A stretch of DNA of 55,390 nt, taken from contig JBBRLF010000001.1 in NCBI GenBank assembly GCA_038231515.1, positions 1 to 55,390 on the forward strand, read 5' to 3'. Origin of the DNA: a candidate division WWE3 bacterium (GTDB lineage: Bacteria > Bdellovibrionota > UBA1018 > UBA923). The translations under genes and the position numbers were made by a program. Position 1 is the first letter of the stretch. Every line of letters begins with the position of its first letter. Below, one piece after another: positions 16,142 to 25,864 of this stretch. The notes under the pieces are model-generated. The model was not told the origin of the DNA and did not search any database. It was given only the letters and a program-made list of their open reading frames with translations.

Positions 16142-17524
16142 TTGACATCTCTCGCTATTGAGATTATGATGCATCGCATCATGAAACCTCTTTATGGCCC
16201 TCGATCGACTGCACTTTTAGTAGCATTATCATTGGCTTGCGCGACCACTTCCTGCGGCCCCACCGACCCCGTGGATCCCATCGACGCCGCAATGACTGCT
16301 ACGCAGACCGAGGCCCTGACAACACTGGCGCAGCTCGCCATCTTTGGCCTCGCCCCAGGATTGGCTGACACGCTGCCGGCGCCCCAGATTTCGACCATAC
16401 CGTCGTTTGGACAAGCTCTGCCCTACACGGCCCCGAAAGCGACTTCTGTTTCGGAGCTCCTCTCCTTTGCGACCCGCAGTATTCAGAACAAGAAAGATCT
16501 CCTGAGTGCGCATCATGCGCTCATTGCAGCAGCCGGTGCGCTCGACCCCGTCCAGGCTCCATTGGGCCTTTCTGCCGTCCATCTCGCTTTGGTCAGTGTC
16601 GCTAGCGACGCCAGCTTGCTACACTGCCTGGCTGAACAAGCCAATTTACCTTCATTCGCGCAATCCGCCGAACAAGGTGTCGCTCGTTGTACGCATGCCG
16701 CGAAAATGGAGTTACTTTCGACCGCGACGGGTCTCCTGACCAAACTTGACGACCAGGTGGCTGTGGAATGCCCACAGGCGGCATCAAACCTGGATTCGGT
16801 GTTCACGTTTATGCTTCAGTTTCAGAAACTATTGAATAATGAAGCACGGGCAGACCGTAGACAAGCTTTGCAAGACGCAAAAGACCAACTCAATGCCAAA
16901 GCGGAAAAGCTCAATCTCGAACTTGAAAAAATTAAGGCCATGAAAGACGAGGCGGCAGAGCATTATGAACATGCGATGGCAGCTGCCACCGATTCCCTGA
17001 TTCTCGGCATACTCGCGGGCTCGGGCAGTCTGGCCGGCGTTTTACTCACGACCGATCCCGGCTACAACTCACAGGGAACGACGGATGGCGGAAAAACCTG
17101 GCAGTCGATCAGCGCGGCCAATACCTTGGCTGCCGCAACCTACATCGAGGGATCAGCGAAGGGGATTGATCCCGCCCATTATATCCCGACTATCAGTACT
17201 TCGAATGGTGACGCGGGTCCGGCTCATCTCGCTGCCTGGGACCAGGCGGCGACTGATCGCGCCGAGTGCGTCGGAATATCGGTGGCCATGCTGAGCGAAC
17301 TGAGTCCGTTCGTGACCAAACTATCGGCCGAAGCCCATAGAAGCGATGCTCTAAACGAGATCAAGGCCGCGGCGACCGCAATCGATGTCGAAATCGCTCA
17401 AGACACGAAAACGGCCAATGAAAATGAAAGTCACGCCAAAGATGCCAGGGACTACTCTCAGCGAGCGAGAGACCTGTTTCGAAAACTCCTACTAAGCCTG
17501 GTGGAGAGCCAAGGATCCCTCTAA
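16142..17524 (+). CDS. Hypothetical exported coiled-coil protein
   Basis: Long ORF with good coding signal. The likely true start is the ATG at 16181 (MKPLYGPRSTALLVALSLACA, signal-like). There is a central coiled coil (KDQLNAKAEKLNLELEKIKAMKDEAAEHYEH). No family recognised. Confidence 0.65.
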   Translation: MTSLAIEIMMHRIMKPLYGPRSTALLVALSLACATTSCGPTDPVDPIDAAMTATQTEALTTLAQLAIFGLAPGLADTLPAPQISTIPSFGQALPYTAPKATSVSELLSFATRSIQNKKDLLSAHHALIAAAGALDPVQAPLGLSAVHLALVSVASDASLLHCLAEQANLPSFAQSAEQGVARCTHAAKMELLSTATGLLTKLDDQVAVECPQAASNLDSVFTFMLQFQKLLNNEARADRRQALQDAKDQLNAKAEKLNLELEKIKAMKDEAAEHYEHAMAAATDSLILGILAGSGSLAGVLLTTDPGYNSQGTTDGGKTWQSISAANTLAAATYIEGSAKGIDPAHYIPTISTSNGDAGPAHLAAWDQAATDRAECVGISVAMLSELSPFVTKLSAEAHRSDALNEIKAAATAIDVEIAQDTKTANENESHAKDARDYSQRARDLFRKLLLSLVESQGSL

Positions 17525-17621
17525 ATACCGTGATTTTGTATTTTCCACAGCCGCGCGAAGAGTAAATCGCGTCCGTCGCACGCCATCGGCCTCGGCCTCG
17601 GCCTGGGAAGTAATCTCCGAT

Positions 17622-18179
17622 CTACTCGTCCTCGCGCACACACCGATACTCGCGATCGGCATTAGCACCCTTGCCAACGTAGCCTTCTTCTTGAAGAACA
17701 CGCAAAGCCAACGCCTTGCCATCTTCGCCAAGCTTCTCAACACGAATAACCATTCGACGCAGCGTCGAAACAGCATAGGGGTTCTCGCGAGCAATACTGA
17801 AGTAAATAGTCTCGAACTCGCCAGCTTTGGAGCAATACGTGCGGGTCAGCACATCGAAGGCGCCTTGAGCTTCGACAACTTCGGCCCGCGGCACGCCGTC
17901 GGGCTTATAGGTTGTCGTATTCAGGTATACGAGCTTGAGCGGACGATCATGTCCCATGAATATATAGTGGCCGTTTTTGAGCGTAATAGTGTGCGCGATG
18001 TACTGATCGACCTCGAACTTAAGGCGGTCGAAACGGCCGTCGTCGACGCCGCCCGCCTCACATCTGTAAAAGCCGTCAAGCGCCGCGCAGTGCTCGATCC
18101 TGCCAAAATTAATATCGGCGCGCGCAGCAAAACCAAAGAGGCTCAATCCCAGGGCCAGCACATAAACTTTATTTTTCAT
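17622..18179 (-). CDS. Hypothetical exported protein
   Basis: Signal peptide MKNKVYVLALGLSLFGFAARA. 185 aa. No family recognised. Confidence 0.6.
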   Translation of the reverse strand: MKNKVYVLALGLSLFGFAARADINFGRIEHCAALDGFYRCEAGGVDDGRFDRLKFEVDQYIAHTITLKNGHYIFMGHDRPLKLVYLNTTTYKPDGVPRAEVVEAQGAFDVLTRTYCSKAGEFETIYFSIARENPYAVSTLRRMVIRVEKLGEDGKALALRVLQEEGYVGKGANADREYRCVREDE

Positions 18180-18396
18180 AGTTCCGGCCGACTATCACTG
18201 GCCTCTGGGGTTGTCCAGCGTGGGCCCGAACGCAACGGTGATCTGCAAGGCGGCTCGTTTGGGCGGAGTAAAGCACGCGTCTTGCACGTTTAAACGCATA
18301 GGACCCCAGGACGTGCGTTAAGGCGGCTCGACCGTTTACCAGGAAAAGTGCGACTCTCAGCCACGATCCTGGGAAACAACTCAGTGAGGTAACATT

Positions 18397-19080
18397 ATGC
18401 TGCTTAATCGCAAAAATTTTTCAAACAAGTACCCGGGCATTATCGAGGGAACAACAGTCTATTGTCGTGACGGAGAAAAGCTGGGCATCATCAGCTCTTT
18501 TGCCGACGACTCGCTTTCGGTGAAAAAAGGCGTCTTTTTTCCGAAAGACTTCACGTTTCGCTATGACGACATTGACGAGATCAGGGACGACGCCGTCTAT
18601 CTGAACCTGACCACCGACGAGCTTAAAGACTGGCAGAATCCGAGCTACTCGGGCTGGGGCAAAGTCACCGACGTCAATACCGAGACGATCAACGTCCCTC
18701 TGTTCGAAGAGGAGCTGGAAGCCAAAAAAGTCTCGCACCAAACAGGTGAGATCCGAGTCAGAAAGATCGTGCACACTGAACTGCGCCACCTGACGGTACC
18801 GCTCGCCCACGAAGAGGTGCGCATCGAACGGGTCAAGATGGAAACCCGGTCGCCGCTGCGGGAAGAGGAATCGCGTGAGGCCTTTACCGATCGTACCGTG
18901 AGCGTAAAGGTCATGGATGAGGAAGTTGAAATATCGAAACATCCCGTAATGAGAGAAGAGCTGCGCATTACCAAGGATCGCCGTATTGAGCAACGAGACG
19001 TCTCCGAGAATATTCGGTCTGAGGACGTCGAGATCGAGAACAACAAGGAGGCGTTCGAGCAAGAGCGAAAAGCGGGTTGA
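18397..19080 (+). CDS. YsnF/AvaK (DUF2382) domain stress-response protein with PRC-barrel-like N-terminus
   Basis: The C-terminal half has the duplicated DUF2382 pattern (EELEAKKVSHQTGEIRVRKIVHTE...VPLAHEEVRIERV...VMDEEVEISKHPVMREELRITKD...EDVEIE). RBS is GTGAGG. Confidence 0.75.
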   Translation: MLLNRKNFSNKYPGIIEGTTVYCRDGEKLGIISSFADDSLSVKKGVFFPKDFTFRYDDIDEIRDDAVYLNLTTDELKDWQNPSYSGWGKVTDVNTETINVPLFEEELEAKKVSHQTGEIRVRKIVHTELRHLTVPLAHEEVRIERVKMETRSPLREEESREAFTDRTVSVKVMDEEVEISKHPVMREELRITKDRRIEQRDVSENIRSEDVEIENNKEAFEQERKAG

Positions 19081-19115
19081 GCGCGTCTTAATAACAACTC
19101 ATAAAGGGAAAACTC

Positions 19116-20333
19116 ATGGCAATAAATGACAGCCTGTTTTCGATCGTGAAGCAGTTCATTACGCCCGACTTCATCGCCAAGGCCGGCGGCCTGCTGGCGG
19201 AGTCACCCGAGCGCGCCAAGCCCGGCCTGCTGGCGGCCATTCCGACGGTGTTGAGCGGAATCATCGCAAAAGGCTCGACCGCGAAAGGGGCGGGCGAGCT
19301 GATTCAGACGGTAAAAGACGATGGCTACGACATGGGGGTTCCGGCAAACTACACGGAACGCCTGAGCAAGACCGAAGGCGATCATTACCTGCACATGGGT
19401 AGCTCGGCCTTGAGTGGAATTTTCGGCGACAAGCTGGGAGCGATCATGAGCGCTTTTTCGGATGCCACCGGGATGAAGTCGTCAAGCACGACAAAGATTC
19501 TCGGATTGGTTGCTCCACTTGTCATGGGTACCCTGGGCTCGAAGGTCAAAGGACTGGACTTCAACCCGGCTGCGCTTATGACAATGCTGAGTCAGGAAAA
19601 ACCATCACTTAAAGGCATGGTGCCTGCTGACGTCGGAAATGCTCTTGGCCTCGCGGACGACATTGAAACACCACCGCTCGAGACCCACGAGGAAAATACC
19701 TATCGCCCGCAGGAACCCCACCTCAAGCCCAATGAAAAAAAACGCACCTCTTCCAATGTGCTGCCGCTGGCGCTCGTCGCCCTTGTGGCGCTTGGTGGCC
19801 TGTGGCTGCTGAATAGATCTGCGAACGAGCCGGTTGCAAAAGTACCAGCCATCGAGGAACCAAGGCGCGAGATTGCCAAAACTCCTGAACCCGAGGCCCC
19901 AGTCGAGGAACAGAAGGGCGCTCAGGAGGTCTTGTCGGAAAAGCTTTCAGGAATTCTCGACGTCAACTCAACCACCACGCTTCCGCATCGCGTGACCATC
20001 GAAGGACTGAACTTCAATGAAGGCACAAGCGAGCTGATCGCGGGCAACGAGCTACCGGGGGTCATCACCGGCATCGCCGACTCGCTCAAGGCACATCCGA
20101 GCAGCGTGGTGCGCATCGAGGGCTATACCGACAGCACTGGCGACACGCGGGCCAACCAGGCGCTTTCGCTGCAACGAGCAGAGGTAATTAAGGAAAAACT
20201 CGTTGCTGCGGGCGTCGACTCGCGGCAGCTGAAAACCGCCGGCATGGGCTCTACCCAACCTATCGCACCAAATGACACGAGCTCGGGAAGGGAGCAAAAT
20301 CGGCGTACCGATATCTTCGTTCTTCAGCGCTAG
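19116..20333 (+). CDS. DUF937 N-terminal domain / TM / OmpA-like C-terminal peptidoglycan-binding domain protein
   Basis: N-terminus SLFSIVKQFITPDFIAKAGGLLAESPERAKPGLLAAIPTVLSGII (DUF937-like). TM segment LPLALVALVALGGLWLL. C-terminus VVRIEGYTDSTGDTRANQALSLQRAEVIKEKLVAAGV...NRRTDIFV (OmpA family). Confidence 0.8.
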   Translation: MAINDSLFSIVKQFITPDFIAKAGGLLAESPERAKPGLLAAIPTVLSGIIAKGSTAKGAGELIQTVKDDGYDMGVPANYTERLSKTEGDHYLHMGSSALSGIFGDKLGAIMSAFSDATGMKSSSTTKILGLVAPLVMGTLGSKVKGLDFNPAALMTMLSQEKPSLKGMVPADVGNALGLADDIETPPLETHEENTYRPQEPHLKPNEKKRTSSNVLPLALVALVALGGLWLLNRSANEPVAKVPAIEEPRREIAKTPEPEAPVEEQKGAQEVLSEKLSGILDVNSTTTLPHRVTIEGLNFNEGTSELIAGNELPGVITGIADSLKAHPSSVVRIEGYTDSTGDTRANQALSLQRAEVIKEKLVAAGVDSRQLKTAGMGSTQPIAPNDTSSGREQNRRTDIFVLQR

Positions 20334-20373
20334 CAAAAGGCGCCAGTAGGCAAGTACCAGGGGCGTCCTGAGC

Positions 20374-21087
20374 TCAAGCAGCCTTAACCGAAGCCAGCGT
20401 TTTCAAGATCCGCTGGGGAATAAAGATAGCTTTGCGCTCGTGATATTCCCCGTCCTGAAAAAGCCCCAGTTTGAGAAATAGAACAGCTCCGCGCACGTCT
20501 TCCGGGCTCTGACCCAGAAACTTATGCACGACCAGAAAAGTCTTCTCACCCTCGGGAAGCTGGGCGACGACGGTGCAAAGCAAAGGGTTGTTCAGGCGCA
20601 GCACGAAGCCGGCCTGGCTGATCGAGGCCGCAGGCAAACTCGTGGGAACCACCTTGGGCAGCAGCAGCACCAGCTGGTCGCGCACACGCTTGTCCCAACG
20701 TCTGGCGGCGGCCCAGGCCAGGCCGGCCAGCGACATCGAAACAACTGCGCCGACGCCGAGAATTCCACCCCCGAAGAGCGCTGCCGTCGAGCCGATCGAA
20801 CGGTGGGCGTGGCTGTCGGTAAACAAACTGAAAAGAAAGAACGACAGGACAAGCCCGACAAACAAAAAACAGTTGCGAAACATCGCGCGCATCATTGCTT
20901 GACCGGTGGCCGGCACCAGGGCACCCAGCAGCGCATCGAGCTGGGGCTGGCCGGTAACGGGTTCAGCACCACGGGTTTCAAAAAAGAAAGCCCGAATAAA
21001 GTAGTAGACGCCCAGGCAAAGGCACGCACCGACCATGAAATATTCGACTTGATCCTGAGTAAAATCAGCGAGGCTCATCAACTCCAC
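20374..21087 (-). CDS. Hypothetical membrane protein
   Basis: Several hydrophobic segments. Lies 44 nt downstream of the CPBP gene on the same strand. No family recognised. Confidence 0.55.
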   Translation of the reverse strand: MELMSLADFTQDQVEYFMVGACLCLGVYYFIRAFFFETRGAEPVTGQPQLDALLGALVPATGQAMMRAMFRNCFLFVGLVLSFFLFSLFTDSHAHRSIGSTAALFGGGILGVGAVVSMSLAGLAWAAARRWDKRVRDQLVLLLPKVVPTSLPAASISQAGFVLRLNNPLLCTVVAQLPEGEKTFLVVHKFLGQSPEDVRGAVLFLKLGLFQDGEYHERKAIFIPQRILKTLASVKAA

Positions 21088-21131
21088 TTATCGGAAAATG
21101 GCGCTCGTCAATTCAGGCCAGCCCAGGCAAA

Positions 21132-24100
21132 TTATGCAGCCTGAGCTAGCCTTTCCACGGGCCGGTTCAGCCTGGCAAACCAAAACCACGACACCAGCGC
21201 CACACCCAGAATCCACAGCACTGCTTTAGGCCCTGCCCCTGGATAAGGTTGCGTGACGAGTGTGCGAACCTCGCCAAGAATCACCTGACCCGCCGTAAGC
21301 GGAATAAGAATGGACACCGAGGTTCGCGCCACCAGCTCGTAAATCAGCCAAAGCACCGCGGTCACTCCCACCGCGGTCACGAGCCACTCGCCAAGAGCGC
21401 TCTCGGTTCTGAACGCCGCCACCGTCAAGCCGACAACGACAAAGAACAGAGTGCGCAGGCGATTACTGGTAAAACGCCGCTCGACGAATAAAAACAGCAG
21501 CAGCAAGAATCCGAGTTTTCCCATGAACGGCACCAGGCCAGCTATCGGGTCGAGCCAGGGAAAATACGAAGAAGCGCCGCCGACTCCGGGCCAGTTCGGA
21601 TGCGCCAGCTGAGTCAGCCGTGCAGTGACCGCGCCCAGGGCCGCGAGGATAAAGCCACCGGCATAGCCAACCCAGGGGTTCAACCCCGTGCGCCAGATCG
21701 AGGAGTCGAGACTCACCGGCACCCGTCCAAGACCCATCGCTAAAAGGGTGGAACCAAGAAGTGTGAAAAGCGTGCCTTTGATCACCAGTGCCAGTACTTG
21801 GGTGGCCCACGGCTGCGCAGTATTGAACTGCGCCAGCTCGGCCCCATAATCATTGAGCTGCAGCAAAATACCGGAAACGATTAGAAGCACAAACGACCGG
21901 ACAAACATTCGCTGATCAAAGCGTCCCAGGGTCCAGTCTCGAAAGGTAAGCACCCATATCCAGATGGCGAGCGCACCCAGCAAAGCGCTGCCTATCATTT
22001 TAATCACGTTCAGCACGGTGGCGCGCGCACGTTCCGCGCGCAGCCAGGTCTCGGGTACAAAAACATAGCCGCGATATCCGACTACCTCGTCGCCGGCAAT
22101 TTTGACGGCAAGACGGGCTTCACCCTGCTTGACTGGGGCGTTGGGATCTTTCCAGACGAAAACCCAGTCACGCCGGGCCGGCAGCTGATCCTGACTGCTC
22201 GAAATTTCCACGAGCTCGGACGCCTTCACGCTGAAGTGCTCGCGCAGCGCGCGCACGGCCAGCACTCGCGCGGCCCGCTCGGAAAGCGCTGGCCCCGGGC
22301 GCGTCTCGGGCAGCTCGTGTCTGACGCGTTCTATCTCACCTGAGCCCAGAATAAAGACCTGGTGCTCCTCGGCTCTTTCTGCAACGTCGCCGTCAAAACG
22401 TACAAACCGCACCAGCCAATGCGGCGGCTCAAGATAACGGCTCAGAATTTTTGCGTAAACCTCGGGGCCCGAGGTGCGCCACACAAACAGATCCTCTTCG
22501 CCTGCCGCGCCCTGAGACACGGCAAGTGCCTGCCAGTCGGCACCGAGGTGCACGCCCTGGGCCGCCAAGGTCGCGCGCGCCAGCGCCACGGCTTGCGGGC
22601 GGTCCAGCTTCAAACCCGGCGCGTCTGTTTTAAATGGAATGAGTACTGCCCAAACCACCAAGGCGACAACACCCGCGCCGATCAGAATTTTTTGACTCAC
22701 TCGAGACAAGGCCGGATAGCCGGGCTGCCTCGCGGTACTCACCGTCGCAGCAGTGATAGCGGTCAACGCCACTGCGGGTTTCCAGCCGCCATTGTAGAGT
22801 GCCGCCGGCAGCTTGCGCCAGGCGCCGGCACGCAGTCTAGCAAGGAGCGTGATCCAAAGCGGCAGGCCACTCAAGGCGACGACGATAACCCGACTTACCG
22901 CTGCCGAGGTGCCCGCCGAAAGAAAAAGCGGCATGGCAAACAAAGTCACGTCGTAAGTATAATGCATCACCATTGCAGGCAGGAGCCCGTACAGCAGAAA
23001 CATTGCACCAAAGAGCGTCGAGGGCACGAGCAGCTCGATCAGCCGCGCATATGAAGGCTGAGTGGGATAGTCGGCATGGGCCGCTCCGAATACCAAAGCC
23101 TGTAAGACAAATGCGCAGGCAATCCAGACTCCACGCTTGCCATAACGATTGCCCAGCAGCGCTGCCGCCGCCAGCGGCACCGCGCGAAAAAGACATTCCT
23201 CCCAGATGCCGGCGTGCAGTGAGTTGGCAATCGAGGTGAGCCAGGGAAAAGTAGTGGCCAGCGCGTCGGGATGAAAGAGCAGCTCAGAGGGATTCCACCA
23301 GCCCAGACGTTGAGAACCCACGATATAAATCCAGGTGGCCCAGGCCAGATGAAAGCCCACCAGCAGATACGCCCCCACGACGCGCCCGGCGATCTGCCGG
23401 GAGGGCGCAGCCTGGCGCGAAAAGACGCGCCACAGCTGAGGATGCCGTGGAAACGCAATGCGGCTCATTGACTCTGCCGCCATCAAAGCAATGACGACGA
23501 TAAAGAAATCGAAAAACGACATCAGCAGCGCATTGGCCGCATGTCCCACCACGAAAGCCTGCGTGGAGATTGCCGTATCGTAGTCCATCCAGTCGAGCGG
23601 CAGCCGATTAAGCGCTTCCAGAAATTGCAGAATGGATATCACGGCCGCAACGGCCACCGGCATGCGCCACAACACCTCGCGGCGCCGTGCCAGATAGAAA
23701 AGTCCAAACCCACAAAATCCGATTCCGTACAGCAACACGACCACCGCGCTGGCCAGGGCCGAGATGCTGCTATTGGCCGAGCGCATCTGGGCGAAGCGGC
23801 GAAAAAAGGCCTCGGGCACTTTGATGAAAGGATTAATTTCGGTGAGTCGACTACCAGTAACACCCAGCGCGAGCCGGTACCGGCCCAGCCCCACGTGCTG
23901 GTCATCGCGTTCATACATGAAGCTGTGATCGATGCGGCCGTTCTTACGCGTTTCGGCCGACTGCTCAATCAGGTGATAAGGCTTGAGGTCAACGCCCCAA
24001 AAACCGCGAGCCTCTTTTTCGGCCAGTGCGCGGGCCTGGGTGGCACTTAGAGCTGCGCCCGGGTCGTCTTCGGATATTTTTTCTGCAAGGCCATAGAAGC

Positions 24101-24491
24101 GACCCTCGGGGGTAAACCGCACTCGCGACTCATTGACCACGCCCTGAGCAAAGTGCCGCACCTCCCACGTGTATGGCGAGTAGATGCCGGCCTTGAGCAC
24201 CTCTTTCAAAGCCCGGGGACCGCCCGCTTCGAGTTCGATGAAGTTTTGCGTTGGCGAATCGACCTGAAAAGCCACCGCCTGCTGATAACCCGCCTGGGGA
24301 GATAAGCCCCGCTGAAGGGCAAACTCGGAGGTCTTGCTCAGTGCGGCTTTGCGGTCCATCTTGATATCAAGATTGATAAACGGAAAGGCGCGGTCGAAAT
24401 TTTTCCAGGCGTAAAAAACGCAGGCGAGAAAAAACAATGCGTTGAGCATCCAGAAAATCGGTTTGCGCGTGAATCCCATGCCGCTCAGCAT
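21132..24491 (-). CDS. Very large polytopic membrane protein containing a CPBP (CAAX/Abi-type) intramembrane metalloprotease core
   Basis: The CPBP motifs EECLFRAVPL, FGAAH and MVMHYTYD lie within residues ~430-530. These are flanked by two ~200-aa soluble (probably periplasmic) regions and many additional TM helices. 1119 aa. Confidence 0.75.
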   Translation of the reverse strand: MLSGMGFTRKPIFWMLNALFFLACVFYAWKNFDRAFPFINLDIKMDRKAALSKTSEFALQRGLSPQAGYQQAVAFQVDSPTQNFIELEAGGPRALKEVLKAGIYSPYTWEVRHFAQGVVNESRVRFTPEGRFYGLAEKISEDDPGAALSATQARALAEKEARGFWGVDLKPYHLIEQSAETRKNGRIDHSFMYERDDQHVGLGRYRLALGVTGSRLTEINPFIKVPEAFFRRFAQMRSANSSISALASAVVVLLYGIGFCGFGLFYLARRREVLWRMPVAVAAVISILQFLEALNRLPLDWMDYDTAISTQAFVVGHAANALLMSFFDFFIVVIALMAAESMSRIAFPRHPQLWRVFSRQAAPSRQIAGRVVGAYLLVGFHLAWATWIYIVGSQRLGWWNPSELLFHPDALATTFPWLTSIANSLHAGIWEECLFRAVPLAAAALLGNRYGKRGVWIACAFVLQALVFGAAHADYPTQPSYARLIELLVPSTLFGAMFLLYGLLPAMVMHYTYDVTLFAMPLFLSAGTSAAVSRVIVVALSGLPLWITLLARLRAGAWRKLPAALYNGGWKPAVALTAITAATVSTARQPGYPALSRVSQKILIGAGVVALVVWAVLIPFKTDAPGLKLDRPQAVALARATLAAQGVHLGADWQALAVSQGAAGEEDLFVWRTSGPEVYAKILSRYLEPPHWLVRFVRFDGDVAERAEEHQVFILGSGEIERVRHELPETRPGPALSERAARVLAVRALREHFSVKASELVEISSSQDQLPARRDWVFVWKDPNAPVKQGEARLAVKIAGDEVVGYRGYVFVPETWLRAERARATVLNVIKMIGSALLGALAIWIWVLTFRDWTLGRFDQRMFVRSFVLLIVSGILLQLNDYGAELAQFNTAQPWATQVLALVIKGTLFTLLGSTLLAMGLGRVPVSLDSSIWRTGLNPWVGYAGGFILAALGAVTARLTQLAHPNWPGVGGASSYFPWLDPIAGLVPFMGKLGFLLLLFLFVERRFTSNRLRTLFFVVVGLTVAAFRTESALGEWLVTAVGVTAVLWLIYELVARTSVSILIPLTAGQVILGEVRTLVTQPYPGAGPKAVLWILGVALVSWFWFARLNRPVERLAQAA

Positions 24492-24539
24492 ACCACGCGA
24501 TTGCGAGAAGTCCTCGTGTGGCGAGTTAAAGCCGACCTG

Positions 24540-25139
24540 TTAATGCGCTTTCTGGGAACCGACTTCTTTGTGGAATTCTTCAATGCCCTTCGCCCTCACG
24601 CCTCGACCCTTGTAATGGGAATAGAGAATACAATTCTGCTGTCTGAGCGAATAGCGCGCTGCCGTCTTCTTCAAGTTACCTTGCGTGAACTCGACGGGCA
24701 CGTCGGCCCGCATGGGCTGCAAGGAATCCGAATCGCCAATCTTGATCAAATTGCAGTCTTTGATTCCTGTTTCGACGAAGATAAAGGTGGCACCCACGGT
24801 GGACAGCTTTTGAAAAGTACCGGGTACCGGCATCTGCACCTCTGTACCGACCGGAAAAACCCCTGCCTTCGGAGTCGTCATCGTGCACTCCTTGCCGCGA
24901 GTCGTAGGATTGTAGTCAGGGCAATCCACCGAGTACGTATAGCAGGTCAGGGCCGAGGTGGCGCGATAGCTGATTTTGGGAATGACCTTGGCCATCTGGC
25001 CATAATTGGGCAGGGTCTCGTAGTGATTGGCCTCGTCGGAATCCGCCGTCTCGCAAACCGCGGGCACTTTCGCCTGCGCCAGGCCCGGCGCCAGCAGCGC
25101 GCAAATGATCATCGTTGAAAACGACAGAAGTTTGGTCAT
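24540..25139 (-). CDS. Hypothetical exported Cys-containing protein
   Basis: Signal peptide MTKLLSFSTMIICALLAPGLAQA. RBS is GGGGGGA. No family recognised. Confidence 0.6.
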   Translation of the reverse strand: MTKLLSFSTMIICALLAPGLAQAKVPAVCETADSDEANHYETLPNYGQMAKVIPKISYRATSALTCYTYSVDCPDYNPTTRGKECTMTTPKAGVFPVGTEVQMPVPGTFQKLSTVGATFIFVETGIKDCNLIKIGDSDSLQPMRADVPVEFTQGNLKKTAARYSLRQQNCILYSHYKGRGVRAKGIEEFHKEVGSQKAH

Positions 25140-25166
25140 GGAATCCCCCCGGAATTTGATGCTTGA

Positions 25167-25175
25167 ATTATATCA
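25167..25175 (-). promoter_or_regulatory. Extended -10 sigma70 promoter candidate (TGaTATAAT) for the 24540-25139 gene
   Basis: The minus strand reads gTGaTATAATtcaagc, a perfect TATAAT with an upstream TG, about 28 nt upstream of the ATG. Confidence 0.45.
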
Positions 25176-25318
25176 CGCTACGAACCTGGTTTTACAGAAA
25201 CCAGAAAAGCCGGGTATTTCCACGACTTCTAGCCTTTCGAACCGTCGGCAAAGCATTGCACATCGGCAGGGTCGAGCGCCTGAAACTTAAGAGCGCCCAG
25301 GTTGAGATACAGCAGAAT

Positions 25319-25864
25319 TTATCGAATGCCGCGCCGAAGTCGCGAACGTACCAGCCAACCCAGCTCCAGGCTGCCCAACCCACCCAGGAGCGAGCCCGCC
25401 ACCCAGGCTACGCCCAGCGTGACCATCATCTCGCCACCCAGGCAGGCAAAAACACCGCTCGATAAGGTGGCCATCACGCCCAGCTGCAAAAGTCTTGAAC
25501 GCCGAATGACCCGAATCTCACCTGGTCTGAGAATCAGACTGCCTAGCAGGCTGCTGGCGCCCAGAAATACCGAGCCGCAGCCCAGCATGCAGGCGGTTTC
25601 GCCATAGCGCATGAAAAGCGTCATTAAACCCATGCCAGGAAAAATGGAAATTCCAAACTGCGGGCACATCGCAAGCACCAACGCGCCAACCAGCAGCTGA
25701 ATAAGCCCAAGCTTGGCAAATACCCACGAAGCCTCGGGGTTAAGATCATGGTGAACGGCGTCGAAGACCTTCGCCGAAACGTGCAATGGTGGAACGCGCT
25801 CTTCGACAGACGCGAAGCATTCAAAATCCCGGGCCCAGTCCTGGACGCTTTGTTTCTTGCTCAT
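25319..25864 (-). CDS. Putative multipass membrane anti-sigma factor (NrsF-like architecture)
   Basis: 4-nt overlap with the ECF sigma gene upstream. A ~45-aa cytoplasmic N-terminus is followed by 4-5 TM helices carrying Cys residues (LAMCPQFG, ETACMLGCGS, FACLGG). The assignment rests on context, not on sequence identity. Confidence 0.5.
   Translation of the reverse strand: MSKKQSVQDWARDFECFASVEERVPPLHVSAKVFDAVHHDLNPEASWVFAKLGLIQLLVGALVLAMCPQFGISIFPGMGLMTLFMRYGETACMLGCGSVFLGASSLLGSLILRPGEIRVIRRSRLLQLGVMATLSSGVFACLGGEMMVTLGVAWVAGSLLGGLGSLELGWLVRSRLRRGIR

Noticed and set aside
17585-17605. GGCCTC GGCCTC GGCCTG micro-repeat between convergent genes
   Set aside because: It is a very short simple repeat with no associated structure or motif, and I judge it insignificant.
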